Part shown: positions 28,201-40,929 of the stretch, piece by piece | Layout of the letters: every line of letters begins with the position of its first letter | How positions within the stretch are numbered: the stretch's first letter is position 1 | Assembly (NCBI GenBank): GCA_002633005.1 | Contig: NMRA01000419.1 | Span: forward strand, 280,770-344,769 | Reading direction: 5' to 3' | Source of the DNA: Phoronis australis | Lineage: Eukaryota > Animalia > Phoronida | Length of the DNA: 64,000 bases | Translations under genes and position numbers: made by a program | Notes under the pieces: model-generated | What the model saw: only the letters and a program-made list of their open reading frames with translations | Database searches by the model: none | Told to the model about the DNA's origin: nothing

Positions 28201-30141
28201 TTCTGAAGGCCTTAATTTCTTGAACCAAATTCTAATATTTTTTGAAAGGTTGGAAAATTGCAGCTTTGAGATAATAGTTGTTTGTTTTACGTTTACAATA
28301 CATCTTCACATTTCTGCTACTGGTAGAACTGCAATAGTGGCATTATTGGTTTTGCAGGAATTGGATTTAGCTTCGGCTTAACCTCAGGAACAGGGATATT
28401 GCCGCTCTACTTCAACAAGAGATGCTCCTTGGCGAATGGTTTGATTGGCATGGGCGCTGGACTGGGTGGAGTGATAGGGCCGGTACTTTTCAGATATCTC
28501 CTTGACTCGTATGGATTGAAGGGGTGTTTGCTCATTGTAGGAGGCCTGTGCTTGAACTCTCTTGTATTCACGTCACTATTTCGAGACATCAATACTTATA
28601 AGATGGAACAGACTTCATTGTTGTATGAACCAAAACGAGAATTGACAAAACCAGAACTTAAGTTTTCGTTTATTGACTTACAAATACATACTGCAGGCTC
28701 GCTAGTGTCGCATTATAGTGGAAAGTCTATTGAACATCCCAAAGAGCTACACACGATTGCCAAAAGAGGGTTCCATGCCAGTGACTTCCTTTTGACAGTC
28801 AACAATAAGAGGGGAGAACAATTTCCTAACCAAGCGTTGAAGACCCGATCCATGCAGACAGTTAACCAAGCGTTGAAGACCCGATCCATGCAGACAGTTA
28901 ACGGAAGTAGACTTTACCTGGGTCCACCTAAACGAAATTTGACGCATGCTTCCAGTATCAGATCAGACTCACCCTCTGTGGTTTCCCGTCCAAGTTCGTA
29001 CATGGGAAATTCTCTTCTTTCTCTTGCTACAATGACACTACAGCAGGTGCCAGAAGCAGGGATATATCATAAGAAAAACAATGCATTCAGTTGCTGCAGA
29101 AGAAACGACGATGAAGACAGTGAGAAGGGAAACATATTTGAATGGTCGCTGTTCAGGAATCCAGTATTTCTGTTACTAATGATACCTACCGGGTTTATTA
29201 CGTTATCAGGACCTATAATTGGCGTCATTCTTCCTTCCCATTGTATGGAACACGGCATCTCAGCGCAACAAGTTGCCTTAATGGCAGGAGTAGCTGTCAT
29301 TCCGGAGCCAATCACTCGTCTGTTGACTGGCTGGTTCGCCGACCTGAATCTTGTGCCAAGTATATACATCTTCATATTCAGCTGGATAATGACAGTAGTG
29401 ATGACATTTGTGTTACCCTTTCTCAAAACATTTCCCCTTCTAATGGCCTACTCCATCCTCCAGTCAACATTTAGTGGAATCATGTTTTGCATAAATCCAG
29501 TTGTACTGGTCCACATGATTGGAGGAGAGTCGTTGACGTCATCATTTTCCACGGGCCTGATGCTGCAGGGACTGTTTTTTCTCATTGCTCCTCCTGCTGC
29601 TGGTAAGTAAAAATGATTGAACTCGACTTTATCGTTGGCCTATTGACAGACAGAGCATAAATACGAGAGGGACTGATGGTTGCGCACATTTTCAACAAGG
29701 TGGTATTTGTACCCGGTCTTATTAAAATTGCTCAGCTCCTCTGGCTCAGCGTTGCCCTTCGATCCTGATGAGGTGGATCTTATAGATACTGTAGACTACA
29801 AAATGGTGTCTTTACCGCTCAGTTGTACTGTAAAAATCTTTGCTGATGTGTTAATATGGAATTCATCTTGCTCACAAAATTTTATCACATCTCTTTACAT
29901 AGGCATGCTGTATGACGCAACTGGCTCTTGGTATGCTGCTATATACCTCAGTGGAGGTGTATCTCTAGTGGCTTGCGCCACGTCAATTGTGGCTGCCTTA
30001 TTGCACAGAAGGAGGGTTCAAAGCAAGGCTTCAGAAGAGCTGGCTACATCATCAGACACAAACGAGGAAAGTGATAACTTGGAGCAAAAAGGAGATCCTA
30101 CAGAGGAAATAGTTGTCGAGGAGAAGCTGTCAGTCGTGTAA
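19276..30141 (+). CDS. SLC16 / monocarboxylate-transporter family MFS protein, 5 coding exons, 611 aa
   Basis: Exons 19276-19339 (MKEKESEPLPIDRGWAWMVAL, the MCT DGGWGW-type motif), 23424-23567, 26896-27039, 28358-29602 (YFNKR..LANG motif, large TM6-7 loop), 29903-30141 (GMLYDATGSW). All introns phase 1; total 1836 nt. Confidence 0.92.
19750..20063. mobile_element. hAT-like MITE (MCT intron 1)
   Basis: TIRs CAGGGGCGGATT / AATCCGCCACTG; inverted related copy near 11410-11598; no clean 8-bp TSD. Confidence 0.65.
22588..22935. repeat. Degenerate tandem array with a GTGCGCGTTGA core
   Basis: Repeated (T/A)GCGCGTTGA-like motifs at short irregular spacing. Confidence 0.6.
25230..25900. repeat. Old ~390-bp diverged direct duplication
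   Basis: TTTTTGACTATTAGAAGC...TTAGTTGCA...CTATCT.AAATAA.TCTCAAG...GACTTAG occurs twice. Confidence 0.6.
27174..27359. repeat. Perfect 60-bp tandem repeat, 3 copies (MCT intron 3)
   Basis: TTTCACCAGTATACTCAGTAGATGTGGTCTACTTGAAGGGTCCTCAGCACACCCACTCCC x3. Confidence 0.95.
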
Positions 30142-30898
30142 GCAGTTCAGAGGCTGGCCCGTTAGCTATGCAGTCTAAGAACTTTGTCTTCTGACATCTT
30201 TAGAGCTAGTGGAAGCAGATCCATGTTTCTTGGGTGTGAATACCTGACTTGTTTTTATACATCGATACGCGCAACAATGTACTCTTCACGTTTGTGCTTA
30301 TAAGAAGAGCATTAATTTTATGAGTATACAAACTTAAGACACCTCTCGTTATTGAATGAATATTTGAAATCTAAATTCTGCAAACTGTATACCGCAAAAG
30401 TTTTATCGCAGATAATACAAACCTCTGACATCAGAATTTAAAAGAAATATTTTTTGATTTTTATTACTGTTTTTTAATTAGTTAACGAGTTTCTTACACC
30501 AGCTGAAAGTTTAATAATCAAACATAGAGCATAAAGCAATGTAATGGTGCATTTCTCATCAAATCGGACTCTTGGGATACTATTCAGCTTCCAACTTGGA
30601 ATGTCCCAGTATTACTTCGTTCTGCCTACCACTGAAAAACCATGTTACACGACCGATGGCATGCAGTGCCACCTATCGTAGTACTGGGAAAGAAAGGTTG
30701 TATGCTCAGCTCTGGTTCTTTGTAAGCAAAATTTCAGTAGCAAACTCACAATTTGATGTATGTCTGGATAAACAATGTTATTAAGTTGGTCTTTATTGTC
30801 TTCTAATGAGTTACCTTGCAAACGGCATTTTATACTATATTTAGACTTGTTTATGTATCTTATTGTATTATATCAGATTATATTATCTTTTGTATATG

Positions 30899-30904
30899 AA
30901 TAAA
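30899..30904 (+). terminator. Probable polyadenylation signal of the MCT gene
   Basis: AATAAA followed by a GT/T-rich tract. Confidence 0.45.
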
Positions 30905-31824
30905 AATCATAGCTTTTGTTTGTGTCATTTGGTAACAAGGCAAGTTTATGTTTGCTAGTTGTGTAAGCTACTCAAGGGGAGCGCCAGGGGGTGCTTGTGT
31001 ACCTCGTCTTCACGCACGATACAACAGATAACGTAAAAAATGTCATTGTTTGCCTTTGCGGAACTTGATAGTATTTGTTTACGAAAGGGAATGACCATTT
31101 GATATTGATCGCTCTAAGTGGCCCAAATTTCATTTTTGACAATATTTTTACATGGAGAAAACATGTTATCCAAATAATGTGACGTGTACATGTACTTGGG
31201 TTGCAGATTCTTTTTGAAAAGTTTTTTTCTGTGTTGTCTTGTTGAAATCCGTCCGGTTATAGGTGTCAAGCCCGGCTATGGCCTGGGTGTGTAAAGCATG
31301 TGTGAAGCATGTGATATACAATGTTCATACCCGAGTTTGGCTTAATTGGATAAAGGGAAATTATTATTACCGCTGTATGATGTGGTAACACCGTTTTTTT
31401 TCGGTCTCTCTCATGTCTCAAGCCCCGACTATGCCACCATCACATCACTGAACTCGTTGTTTTTTAAGTTTTTTTTATTTCAGTCATCCGGACCCTGGCG
31501 TCACGTTTGCTTTTGAATAAACGAACCACCACTGAGGTGAATGCAAACCTGCTTCAATGCTTCGCAGTTCCCAACTCCACGTTGTTCTACAAAAAACGTA
31601 TTTTCAAAGGCTGAAAATGTTCGCTGACTTTCCGAAACATCATTGCGCGGATTAGTGTCTACTCGCTCTGAGCGTGCTGCCACGCATCATGACGTGCGTC
31701 GACGCAGTGACCGTTTTATGACCCCAGCATATGATATCTTTCCCAGAATATAACTGATTGTTCCTTTACCTATTCCGAGCATCTCCTTGAAAATCTCTCC
31801 ACATTATTTCGGATAAAAACATGT

Positions 31825-32737
31825 CAAAGGGGAATCAACTGGTTGGACTTCAAAACCACTTGTACGCACTTCAAAACCAGTGGGCTGAGCTGTAAAACCA
31901 AATGGCCGGGAATCAAACGTCGTCCAGACTTCAAAACACGATGGCCTCACTCAAAAACTAGTTAGCTGTACTCAAAACACAATGGCCCGTGCCAAAACTA
32001 TTTGGCCGGTGATCAAACACGACGGCACTGATTTTTCTCAGACTCTGTCTGAATGTCTCGGAGGATTCAAGTGCCATCTATTGTTTATTTTTCGTACCCG
32101 TTTTTTTTCTTTTGTTCAAAATCGGGGATTTGTTCGGGCATTAATGTGTGTTTGAGCACCGCCGGGCTAATCCGTTTTAGGTCCGGCCAATTAACCAAGT
32201 TTTTTGTGCGACCATCTGGTGTTGAGGTACCGGCCGACCTGTTTGAGGTATTAAACCGACCTGTTTGAGGTACCGACCGACCTGTTTGAGGTAGCGGCCG
32301 ACCTGTTTGAGGTACCGACCGACTTCGTTGAGGTACCGGCCGCCCTGTTTGAGGTCCGACCGTCCTGTTTGAGGCACCGACCGACCTCGTTGAGGTACCG
32401 GCCTACTTGTTTGAGGTACCGGCCGGCTTGTTTGAGGTCCGACCGACCTCTTTGAGGTACCGGCCGACCTGTTTGAGATACCGACAGACCTGTTTTAGGT
32501 ACAGGCCGACCTGTTTGAGGTACCGACAGACCTCGGCTGTTTGAGGTACCGACCGACCTGTTTGAGGTACCGACCGACCTCGTTGAGGTACCGGCCGACC
32601 TGTTTGAGGTCCGACCACCAATGAAGTGAGAACACTGGCTCGGCTGGCCATGGGGTTTTGCAGCCCAACCAGTTGGTTTTCAGTGAAGTCCGGGAAATTG
32701 GGTTTTAAGTCCTACCAATTGTTGAGTCCTCCCTTGA
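31825..32737. mobile_element. Foldback/MITE-like element with long degenerate TIRs and an internal 21-bp array
   Basis: Left end CAAAGGGGAATCAACTGGTTGGACTTCAAAACC resembles the reverse complement of the right end (CAAGGGAGGACTCAACAATTGGTAGGACTTAAAACC). Confidence 0.55.
32219..32616. repeat. 21-bp minisatellite, ~18 copies
   Basis: GTTTGAGGTACCGRCCGACCT unit. Confidence 0.92.
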
Positions 32738-34042
32738 AACTGACTCAACGTACATGTACCAGTGGCCGACATAAGATTAAAGGTCCAAACATGGCCTCCT
32801 TCCATGAATTACTGGATAAAATCACATAATAAAACAATTGCTGACAAACTCGACCAAAATGTTGGTTATAAAAATATGATAATGACCTATGGTTCGCTCG
32901 GTTTCATGATGTTTTGGGGCCTGGGGTATATAGCAATGCAAGGCAGTTCAGGGATGGAAACACGTTTTTACAACGGACACACATCCATACCACATTAGCC
33001 AAAAAGTCTGGCCGCGCACAAAACACTCTTACCTCGAAACCACAACGTACCACAGACAAACCGGCACTCGTACCACGGACAAATAAGGTAGTGTTAACTG
33101 ATTGTCAAAGGACGTAACCCTGTGGAAACTTGATCGTACCCGCACTTCAGTCACTTCCATTGAAAATTGTTCGTGGTAAAGGTTGCTGTCTGTGGTTGGA
33201 GTTTTAGTTCCAGTGGCGTTTATAGGATATCACGAGGGTCGAGAAACATTTTGTCTCGCTCAAAGCGCGATTGTAGATGGGCGTAGCGCTGAATGGGGGG
33301 AGGTCAGAAAGGGGCTTGCTCCCTTCGGCCCAGGGGACATTTTTGTTTTTGCCTCTGAAAACAAGCATTTTCCTTGATTTCTGAAGCATAATAAAAACAA
33401 CCTAAGAATATTTGTTAAAGTTCAAAATTCGTAGTCTAACATGGACTCGAACTCGTTATCTGCTGATCAGAGTGAGCGTGTCACCACGCTTCCAACTGAA
33501 AACGTACCGGTATGCTAAGAGACATACTTGTTTATGGTCCACAGCGTTCGCACGCGAACCTGCTTCTTTCCGTAATGTTCATTACACGCTTTATATGTTG
33601 TGCAACCAGTTCGCAGCAAACGTTGTTGTGTTAAAACAATATGAAGTTATCCAAAAGACCAAATTTAATTTCGTGTTGACATTCAATCACGCGCTTGCTT
33701 TGCAAATCGTCTAATTTTAAAGTTTGACAAAGAGAGAATTATGAGTGTTTGAGTGACTCACTAAGGTTTCGGTTAAGATTCACATATTACCAGCAGCCTC
33801 TGTTTCTTCATCGTAACTCCGGTTCTGTTTTTTTTTCTGAGAAAAATGAAGTAAACTTGTCCATTGCACACTTTAGCAGATGACGGAAAACGGAGTGGTA
33901 ATGCGCAGCGCCAGTGTTGGTCGCCTGTCATCAAGCGCATATCGACCGAGAGTGCTCACCGGTGAGTTCGCTGTTATTGCTACTATTAGCGCCGCGAAGT
34001 TGCGTGCGAATAAGCAACGGTTAACTACGAAGCGCGGATACA

Positions 34043-34923
34043 ATGGGAAAGGGCACCTTTTGCAGCGCAAATTCATCCACGAAAACACCAGAATTGCCAT
34101 TTTTACATTGCCTAACGATCCAGAGTAAGAATTATTTGTTATTCGATAAAATGACAAATTGTTGTTAATTTTGTGTGTTCTGTTCACGGTTGGAAGACAA
34201 ATAAAACGCCTTCCCGGTGCTGCTGTTGACTGCAGTGAGGCTGCCACAGGCCGCCGGCGGATCGATTAACCATGTGATTGTTGGCTTGTTTGATATACAT
34301 GTAGGCCGTCCATGTATTCCAAATCAAAATGTCAACATGTATCTCACCCCAACGATTTTAGGGATAATTTTAGAAAAACATACCCATGGCCATGGGTCAA
34401 TGTGACCGGTGACACGGCCACAATCACAGCCACAGGACCTCACATCTATTTATGAGTGAAGTTAGAGAATTTGTGGGTCTCGGTGAAAAATCGACATAAT
34501 TTAATGTGCCATTTGGCCCAAGTTAAGCAACACCAGTGCGTCAATGAAAACTTCTATGCGCCAATGATGTGGGGTGCAGCCTTAAAAATATCGACATTTC
34601 AGTCCTAGTTTTTTAGTTGACACCAAGACGGCTTTGTCTCTATCACAGGCACAGTACGACAGCACTACTGGAGTGTAGTGTAAGGTACCAGTCTTCTATG
34701 AGCCTTGTGAGTATTAGGCATGTTCCCGAGTCTCTCATGGGTTTCTTGTAGGTGCAAACGCTGGGAGCCGACCATATGAACAGAAATGCAATCTACTTGT
34801 CCAAAAACTGCAAGTTATGCTCTCGTCACCTCGAGGAGTCCATGTTCATGAATGCTCGTGTGTGTGAAGAAAAACCTGATACGGAATGCAGTGCCAACAA
34901 TATTTGATGTCCCGAATGCACCA
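34043..34923 (+). pseudogene. Decayed two-exon THAP zinc-finger coding sequence (THAP12/PRKRIR-like or DNA-transposase N-terminus)
   Basis: Exon 1 (~34043-34125) reads MGKGTFCSA..NSSTKTPELPF/FTLPNDPE. After the acceptor at 34751 it reads CKRW..RADHMNRNAIYLSKNCKLCSRHLEESMF../KKNLIRNAVPTIFDVPNAP. THAP P, W, CxxH and AVPTIF landmarks are present, with frameshifts and deletions. Confidence 0.8.
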
Positions 34924-35365
34924 CAAAATCTACGTAAAAATTCGCCGGGAATTATGTATATTACGGCTCTTGCATGTCTGATTATCGTCTCACAAGGCAC
35001 GTATTTTACTGGGACATCACGTGTAGAAAGGACAATTGGTCAAAAACTTATTTGCAGAGGTCATGTTGGTTTATTCCACCTTTGCTGTGCTATTAAAGAT
35101 TCAGAATCGGTTTGTTTTCTTGAAGACAAACATCTCTGTGAGTAAATTATTTTTCAGTTTCACTTATAACGCATTTCTTAGGCGAAAAGAGCTGTTGGTT
35201 TCTAGAGAATTAACAGAGAGTGAGAAGGTTGGTCAGATCATGTTGCCTGCTTTGTACGTTTTTGGAGATTGTGACTAATATAAGCCGCAGTTTTGGCTGG
35301 GTAACATATATGATCACGTGGTCAGGCTCTTTTTGGTTCAGTTTTGTATAAAGTTGTGTGCTTAG

Positions 35366-35620
35366 CATGCGCGCACCCAGTCTAAAATATAGGGGGAGGT
35401 TCGAATTTTTCGATATGCGGACCTTTTACTGACAAGGACTAAAAAAACCGGGCCACTAGGTTCAAGCCTACGAATTGTGCATCCGCGCAGAATTCCTGTG
35501 GACATTGTTGATTTTTTGTCTCGTTTACTCGGTCATTTTGTTTCGCTGAGGCGGACCTTTTTACCCTATTCGCCAAATTGGGGTGCTCATTCGAGTCTCC
35601 TCTCCCTGGGTGCGCCCATG
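35366..35620. mobile_element. MITE, copy 2 of the CATGCGCGCACCCAG family
   Basis: TIRs CATGCGCGCACCCAG / CTGGGTGCGCCCATG. Confidence 0.7.
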
Positions 35621-36090
35621 CGTAGCGGGCACAACCCAGAGTGTATTTTGTTTGTCATGGGACATTTAGTGATCAGTGACATGTATTGAATCATATAGAA
35701 TTGGTTTTTGTGGTAGGCCTACCTCGAAGGTATGAGCTAGCTCATTTTGGGGTCCTTTTTGGTTTCTGCCGAGCGCATTCGAGAATGCAATTTGTCTGCC
35801 ATGGGTCATTTGGTGTTCAGTACGGTAGGCCTACTATTGTCCGTTTAAATCAGTTTTGGCCAGTACCTCGAATATCTAATCTAGCTCATTTTTGGCAGGC
35901 AGACGTCCATTTCCGCATATATTGAGGTGGACTCTAAATGCTCCTATGGTCAGATGTCGGTACCTCGTTCATCGAGAAAAAACGGCAGAACTTCATTCAT
36001 TCTTTGTACATAAAAGGCCTCCGGCCCACAGTACACACCAAATATATATAGAGATACACTGGTGTATAAAATAACAATCAGAATGCTGAA

Positions 36091-37239
36091 TCATTTAGAA
36101 ACTAGCTCTTCCAAAAAAGTTTTCTTGGTGAATTTTGACAGATTAACCAAGAAAGTACTTGAAACGTTATTCATGTAATTTAAAAAAGATGTAGTATCGC
36201 AGTGTGACAGTTGTGGAATAAATTGGATCATCAAGTGATCATACAGAAAGCATCTTTTTAAGAAGTGAAATTCGTCTTCAATTTCACACAAATTAAATTT
36301 TTGCAATATTTGCACAGCCTTAGTTCTCTATCTATTCTTCGTGGCGCCACCTCGACTTCAAGAGTATGAGAAGAGCAACGTATTTTATAACTTTCAGATA
36401 TCGAGCAACATTTAAGTTCTTATGCAACTCCGCAAAAAGTAAAAGTTTACTGCTATTTCTAACTTTAGAATCCCATTCTTGGAAGGCGCAGTCTTTAACT
36501 CTCTGAGTAAATATTTTCAAAAATGCACCAATATCGCTATTGTTTTGTTGTGCCCAAGCGAAGCCAAAACCATATCCCTGTAGTAAATGTTTGATACAAG
36601 TGCCCAGGTTTCCTTACCACTGTCATCTAATGATTTCAACATGTTATAGCATTTTCTGGGATATCAATACTCTGGCATTTCTTGTAATCGTAACCAAAAA
36701 TTTACACACCATGTAAAGTACTTTTAAAACATACAAAGAATATCGACTAAGTTCACTCAGCACAGCGGCATTGGTAGCAAACTCTCAATATGTATTTTCA
36801 AAATATGTATGCTTTCTATGGAGCTGTACTGCTAAGATCCCTAAACCTCAGCACCTTACATTAGAATTGGTCTCACTATTTTATTGTTAGAGCCGTCACA
36901 ACATCTAAACCACTAATATATCTGTGAGAGCGAACAGTGCCAAGGACTATCTTTCTTGCCCTCACCATCTTTAGTCCACACAAGCCGTGAGGAGAAAATA
37001 ACGCCAAGGTAGTATAAGATGTATTTATTAAGTTAATTTCTGACGATTTAAAAAAAAAACATTTCTCACATCTCTTGAGTGGTCCGCCATTTTGGAAAAC
37101 CACGATATATTAGTTTTAAATATTTATATTCATTCCAACTCTGTCACAGAATTTTTCAAGAATTCTAATTTGTTTTTGCAGATTGTTGGGAGTAGAGGAA
37201 ATGGTTGCCATATCGTCAGCATACAATAAGTATGAATTG
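36091..37239 (-). mobile_element. Non-LTR retrotransposon ORF2 remnant, 3' part (RT YADD to C-terminal Cys/His motif)
   Basis: Minus-strand YLLYADDMATISSTPNNLQKQIRILEKFCDRVGMNIN near 37125-37235; KIFTQRVKDCAFQEW; NLCEIEDEFHFLKRCFLY. Many frameshifts. Confidence 0.85.
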
Positions 37240-37300
37240 TACCACAGTATTAGCGTCAAATGGCAAATACAACCGTGTAATAACCCATTTTGGCGGGAAA

Positions 37301-37371
37301 CCTAGGCGGGTTTCGAACCCGGGCCTCAAGAGTTTCGAGTCGCTCACTTTACCACTACACCACTCAGCGGC
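37301..37371 (-). mobile_element. tRNA-derived SINE head / tRNA-like Pol III promoter
   Basis: A box TGGTGTAGTGG and B box GGTTCGAAACC at tRNA-like spacing; anticodon and acceptor stems pair poorly. Confidence 0.6.
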
Positions 37372-37409
37372 TGAAGTCATCGAACGTGAAAAAAGAATAC
37401 TTAAAGTCC

Positions 37410-37661
37410 TAGAGCCCATTCCAACAAATCTGACTTAGCTAAGACAAATCTTAAATTTTTGTAAATTTTAAGACAAAACTTAAATTTGTCTCAAGACCGT
37501 TTCAAGGAAGAGATTTTAAGTATGAATTAAGTTTTTGATAAAAGTTTTGTCTTAATTTTAACTATCTTACCGGATGTGGAAGTTTCAAAGTATGGAAGTT
37601 AAGACAAATCTTAGACTTAAGTCAAAAATGAACTTAAGTCAGTTTCTTGGAACGGGGCCCT
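37410..37661. mobile_element. MITE with palindromic internal structure
   Basis: AGAGCCCATTCCAACAAATCTGACTTA ... TAAGTCAGTTTCTTGGAACGGGGCCCT inverted termini. Confidence 0.55.
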
Positions 37662-40600
37662 GGTCTCACGGCACGTTGTTAACCCTTATTACATGGCTAG
37701 ATGATGTTATAAGGATCCAAGAAGTACCTACCCCATAACTAATACAGAATCCGTAATCGAACAAAGCTTAAATAAACGCGCCGCTCACGANTTATAGCAT
37801 TTTCTGGGATATCAATACTCTGGCATTTCTTGTAATCGTAACCAATAATTTACACACCGTGTTTCAAAGTATGGAAGTTAAGACAAATCTTAGACTTAAG
37901 TCAAAAATGAACTTAAGTCAGTTTCTTGGAACGGGGCCCTGGTCTCACGGCACGTTGTTAACCCTTATTACATGGCTAGATGATGTTATAAGGATCCAAG
38001 AAGTACCTACCCCATAACTAATACAGAATCCGTAATCGAACAAAGCTTAAATAAACGCGCCGCTCACGATTAGCACCCGAAAAATACACCGCCATTTTGA
38101 ACTTACCGCGAACCCTGGAGTACAATTCATTCAGGAACCCACTAGGCTAAGAAAACGCCGTCAGTGCGACTGGAGCAGGGCCTGTTTCCAGCCGGCAAAC
38201 GGGGATAAAATGTTCAAATCATAAATGCCGTATACATTCAAATGTATTTTCAGACACTTGCATAAAATTACAGACTGGTTAGTCCTGCGTCATTCTGCCG
38301 CGGCAGCCGCCTTAGCTAGCCTCAGTGCCAGCTATCGTCAAACTCACAACTCGTTAGTAGGCCTATAAAGCTTTGCGCCAAGGCTACCCTTAGGCCTGCC
38401 TGGTCCCTGGCCACAGTGCTCGCTCAAACGAGGTTTATTTAAAACTTGGGGTCTTCTGGCGAACTGTGGAAAGTTGTTGGCTTTCAACAGAGGTTTGCCC
38501 AGACTTTGCATGAGCGCCTCAAGCCTAAAAAATGGGGGGCTAGAATTTTTGGGAATGTCTACCTTTTACTATAAGATTCACTGGGTGAGTTCAGAGCTAT
38601 GAATTGCAGACGTTAAATTTTGGTACTTCCTGTCTTCTAGTGGACTTTTGTCTCGTTTTCTACTTTTTTCGGAGTTCGTGCTTCTCTGACTGAGGCACAC
38701 CTTTTTGCATTTCTTCAAATAGGGGGCTCGTTCGAGCACATAAATACGACAAGTCCAATAAAAATGTTATTCTTTATTCATTGAGCCAAAATTATTCAAC
38801 CTTTTACCATAATAAGTAACTTAGAATGCACAGTACTTTACAACATTTATGCATTACAAACACTATCCAACAGCACAAGTTTCCATGATATGAAAGTGAA
38901 CATACATGTAACTATTACCATGGTGGGCGAATAGTGTTTCCTTACACCAGAATTTGACAAGCATGATTTGAAAAAATATGAAGTTGTAAGGAACAAGAAT
39001 TGGAGGGTTGAAGCTTCACAATACAACATAACTTATTTTTCAAATTAAGATTCTTCATGTTGTTGATTTGATAAGCTGAATGAAGAACAAAAACATGACT
39101 TGAAAGCAATTTAGACCTAAAATTTAGAAAAATATGAATCATTTTGTGACACCTAGTCAAGCCTTGAACAGCAGTTGACAATCAAACAAAAAACATTTCA
39201 AAACTATTTCAACTATTTTTTAGCTTACTGTAAGATCACCTGAATGGGAAATTCACAGTTGATAAAACAGTTCGAATATATCTTATGTTTTTGCACCAAA
39301 AAAACAAAAAAACTAAACAAAGTTCCTTTTTTGTAGCAACGTTTGTCAAAATGTATCAACGGTAAATCTTCACAAATTACAAAGTAACAGGTTCAACATG
39401 CCTTCCAGTTCAACAAAAGTCGCCATGTTGTCGGTGCCGCCAGAAATGGGTCCAACGGGAATTGTGAGCACATTTATCACGTAATAAGTAACAACTGCTA
39501 GGCTGAAATTTGGTGGGAATTGTGGAATCGTGCAGAATAGTAAGTAAAGATATGTCACCGTAAATTGATGGGAAAAACAATTTACACAAAGTTTTAAACT
39601 CGTATCTTATCCCGCTGTCCTCCAATATGGCCGACGCGATCCAAACAAAGTACGTGACCCAAATTTCGCCACAAAAATTGCAATAACTTTGCACTGTTTG
39701 CCCCGATTGCGATACTTTTTCGATTTTTACTGAGTAGAATCCATTACCTTTCCGATGATAGCAAAGTACTTTTTCAAAACGAAAAAAAAAATCAAAACGA
39801 AAAAAATTGATTCAGCTCATATTGATTCCTAGGTTCGACCGCCCTACGTAAGGAACTAAACACCAATGCTATTTTAACATAATAAGTACGCGTAACATTC
39901 CAAAAAAAATTCAACGACCACTAACTACAAACTATAAATACACTACATATGCAAACGAATCACGAGATATTACTAATAAAACAAAATAATAAAGACTTTT
40001 CGAGCAAGCGATAGCACATTCAGTTACAAGGAAAAAATGGCGGCGTTCAGAACAAGTTCCTGAACTGACGAGCAGGAAATGTGGGTACGGAAATAACCGA
40101 TGACAGCCGGTAATTGTAGGCTCACAGAGAAGGGTCAAATACTGTTCAAAACTCGCCTTTTGCACAAAAGGCGAAAATATTATAAAGAACGGGTATCGAA
40201 AATAAGATTTTATTTAGTAAATGTTTTCGGATATTGGAATCACATTGGCATTTTGAGACAAGGACTTTAAATGAGCACGCTAAACAATCGCATGTTCAGC
40301 AAAGGGTATTGTACCGACATTTATACACTATGAAAAATAAGACGCATGATTTCCATAAAAAACGATATCTTATTTCAGTGAAATTTTTCACTCGTGTTCT
40401 CTTCACTCGTAAATCACCGATCTTCAATTTGAGTGCGGGTATCGTGTCGTCGGGATCCTTTGACTTGAGCATTATAGTCAGTTACTAGTGGTAACCTACT
40501 TTAGTAGACGATATATTCCCGGTCGAAGCTTAGCGTCATAAAATGTGTGGCAAGCTATAACAGTTGCTAAACCTTAATTTATAGATTCACTTTACTTCTA

Positions 40601-40785
40601 TTTTGTTTAAATTTTCAATTGGTTTTGAGTAAAAGCATTATTTGACAAAAATAGCTCGGCTTTTCTTAAAATGTCACGACCTCCGACCCCGGGCCTCTAA
40701 CATAGAAATGAGTTACAAAGCCGAGGTGAGTCGACAAAGGTAGATCGATTCATTGCAGTGTTTTTCGTTCAGTATGTGGTATAAA

Positions 40786-40926
40786 TAGATTATTACATGC
40801 TCTCAGTAGTTATCCCCCTTATCTAGAGCCCTCGTGGATTTTGCAGAATTATCACCCTCGAGGATAACACCCCTTGGGCGATAATTCTCCAAAATACACT
40901 CGGGCTCTTCGCCATGTAATAATCTA
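40786..40926. mobile_element. Small hairpin MITE in TA context
   Basis: TAGATTATTACATG / CATGTAATAATCTA termini and an inner inverted pair AGAGCCC..GAATTATC.CCC / GGGCGATAATTC..GGGCTCT. Confidence 0.7.
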
Positions 40927-40929
40927 TAT

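Larger units (their letters stand above)
37242..40779. mobile_element. Putative 3.5-kb non-autonomous DNA element inserted into the LINE RT
   Basis: TA|CCACAGTATTAGCG ... CGTTCAGTATGTGG|TA: imperfect TIRs flanked by TA, close to the two LINE breakpoints. Confidence 0.45.

Noticed and set aside
37301-37371. Functional tRNA gene
   Set aside because: A and B boxes are present, but the anticodon and acceptor stems do not pair; better read as a SINE head.
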